A stretch of DNA of 64,000 bases from Eledone cirrhosa (lineage: Eukaryota). Both the position numbers and the translations under genes were made by a program. The stretch spans positions 224,068,001-224,132,000 of the forward strand of contig OZ024742.1 in assembly GCA_964016885.1 (NCBI GenBank), written 5' to 3'. This document shows, one piece after another, positions 62,925 through 64,000 of the stretch; the first letter of the stretch is position 1; each line of letters begins with the position of its first letter. The notes under the pieces are model-generated. The model saw only the letters and a program-made list of their open reading frames with translations. It was not told where the DNA came from and ran no database searches.

Positions 62925-64000
62925 ATATAAAAGTAGCGAAACAAACGGTTATTAAACAATTTTCTAAATAAATTAAAAAATGATTAAATAATCACCTGTT
63001 CAGATGCTGTTACCGACGGTTTCATCATTCCGAAAGATTGGAAATCCAACGAATTTCCAATGGAAAGAAATGAATCTTCAGACAGCCCTATTTCCACGCT
63101 ATAAGGTATAGCAAGTAAATATTATGCTCCCTGCCCAACGCATGCGGTCAAGCCGTTAAAGTGACACACACGCAAATCAGGTCGCTGATAAAAGCTGGAT
63201 ATTATAAACATGTCGAATTGCCACTAAAATTAGCGGCATTATTCAACGTTTTGTTCTCTACGTAAGGAGAATAAATTATAGAAGTGGATGGATACTTCAA
63301 CAGGTACAATGTACTTGTAGAAATATTCAAGTTGTTTATAATACATGTGGTTCAATGGCACTAATCCGAGATACCAGAACAATATAAAAGTAGCGAAACA
63401 AACGGTTATTAAACAATTTTCTAAATAAATTAAAAAATGATTAAATAATCACCTGTTCAGATGCTGTTACCGACGGTTTCATCATTCCGAAAGATTGGAA
63501 ATCCAACGAATTTCCAATGGAAAGAAATGAATCTTCAGACAGCCCTATTTCCACGCTATAAGGTATAGCAAGTAAATATTATGCTCCCTGCCCAACGCAT
63601 GCGGTCAAGCCGTTAAAGTGACACACACGCAAATCAGGTCGCTGATAAAAGCTGGATATTATAAACATGTCGAATTGCCACTAAAATTAGCGGCATTATT
63701 CAACGTTTTGTTCTCTACGTAAGGAGAATAAATTATAGAAGTGGATGGATACTTCAACAGGTACAATGTACTTGTAGAAATATTCAAGTTGTTTATAATA
63801 CATGTGGTTCAATGGCACTAATTCGAGATACCAGAACAATATAAAAGTAGCGAAACAAACGGTTATTAAACAATTTTCTAAATAAATTAAAAAATGATTA
63901 AATAATCACCTGTTCAGATGCTGTTACCGACGGTTTCATCATTCCGAAAGATTGGAAATCCAACGAATTTCCAATGGAAAGAAATGAATCTTCAGACAGC
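62925..64000 (-). repeat. 457-bp tandem repeat with one hammerhead ribozyme per unit (63006-63086, 63463-63543, 63920-64000); runs off the window
   Basis: AAGTAGCGAAAC occurs at 62931, 63388 and 63845. Minus strand: GCTGT-CTGAAGA-TTCATT..ATTGGAAAT TCGTTGG ATTTCCAAT..AATGAT-GAAA-CCGTCGG-TA-ACAGC. Confidence 0.88.

Overview
This is eukaryotic, AT-rich, microsatellite-saturated non-genic DNA. The SINE, LINE and microsatellite make-up resembles an octopus/cephalopod genome (inference). No host protein-coding exon could be supported, and almost all short ORFs in the track are (TA)n/(CA)n/(GA)n/triplet artefacts. The window is dominated by Penelope-like retroelements (PLEs; RT + C-terminal GIY-YIG) of at least two lineages, read as Neptune-like and probably Nematis-like. 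These include a near-intact 5'-truncated copy (40815-43367) with a 701-bp inverted duplication of its 3' end. Other elements are an RTE LINE with a PHD-type Cys/His finger inside the RT region (33880-36720), other RTE relics, an internally deleted mariner, Helitron relics, tRNA-derived SINEs, and 37-, 41-, about 43-, 176- and 457-bp tandem repeats. The main signal found by reading the sequence is about two dozen hammerhead-ribozyme (HHR) core motifs (CUGANGA or the compensatory UUGANAA ... GAAA ... NUH). They sit in short non-coding fold-back units inserted in TA microsatellites, in PLE 3' ends, next to the 37-bp satellite, and once per unit of a near-identical 457-bp tandem array that resembles a retrozyme. 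Ribozyme structures were paired by eye; none is proven active.
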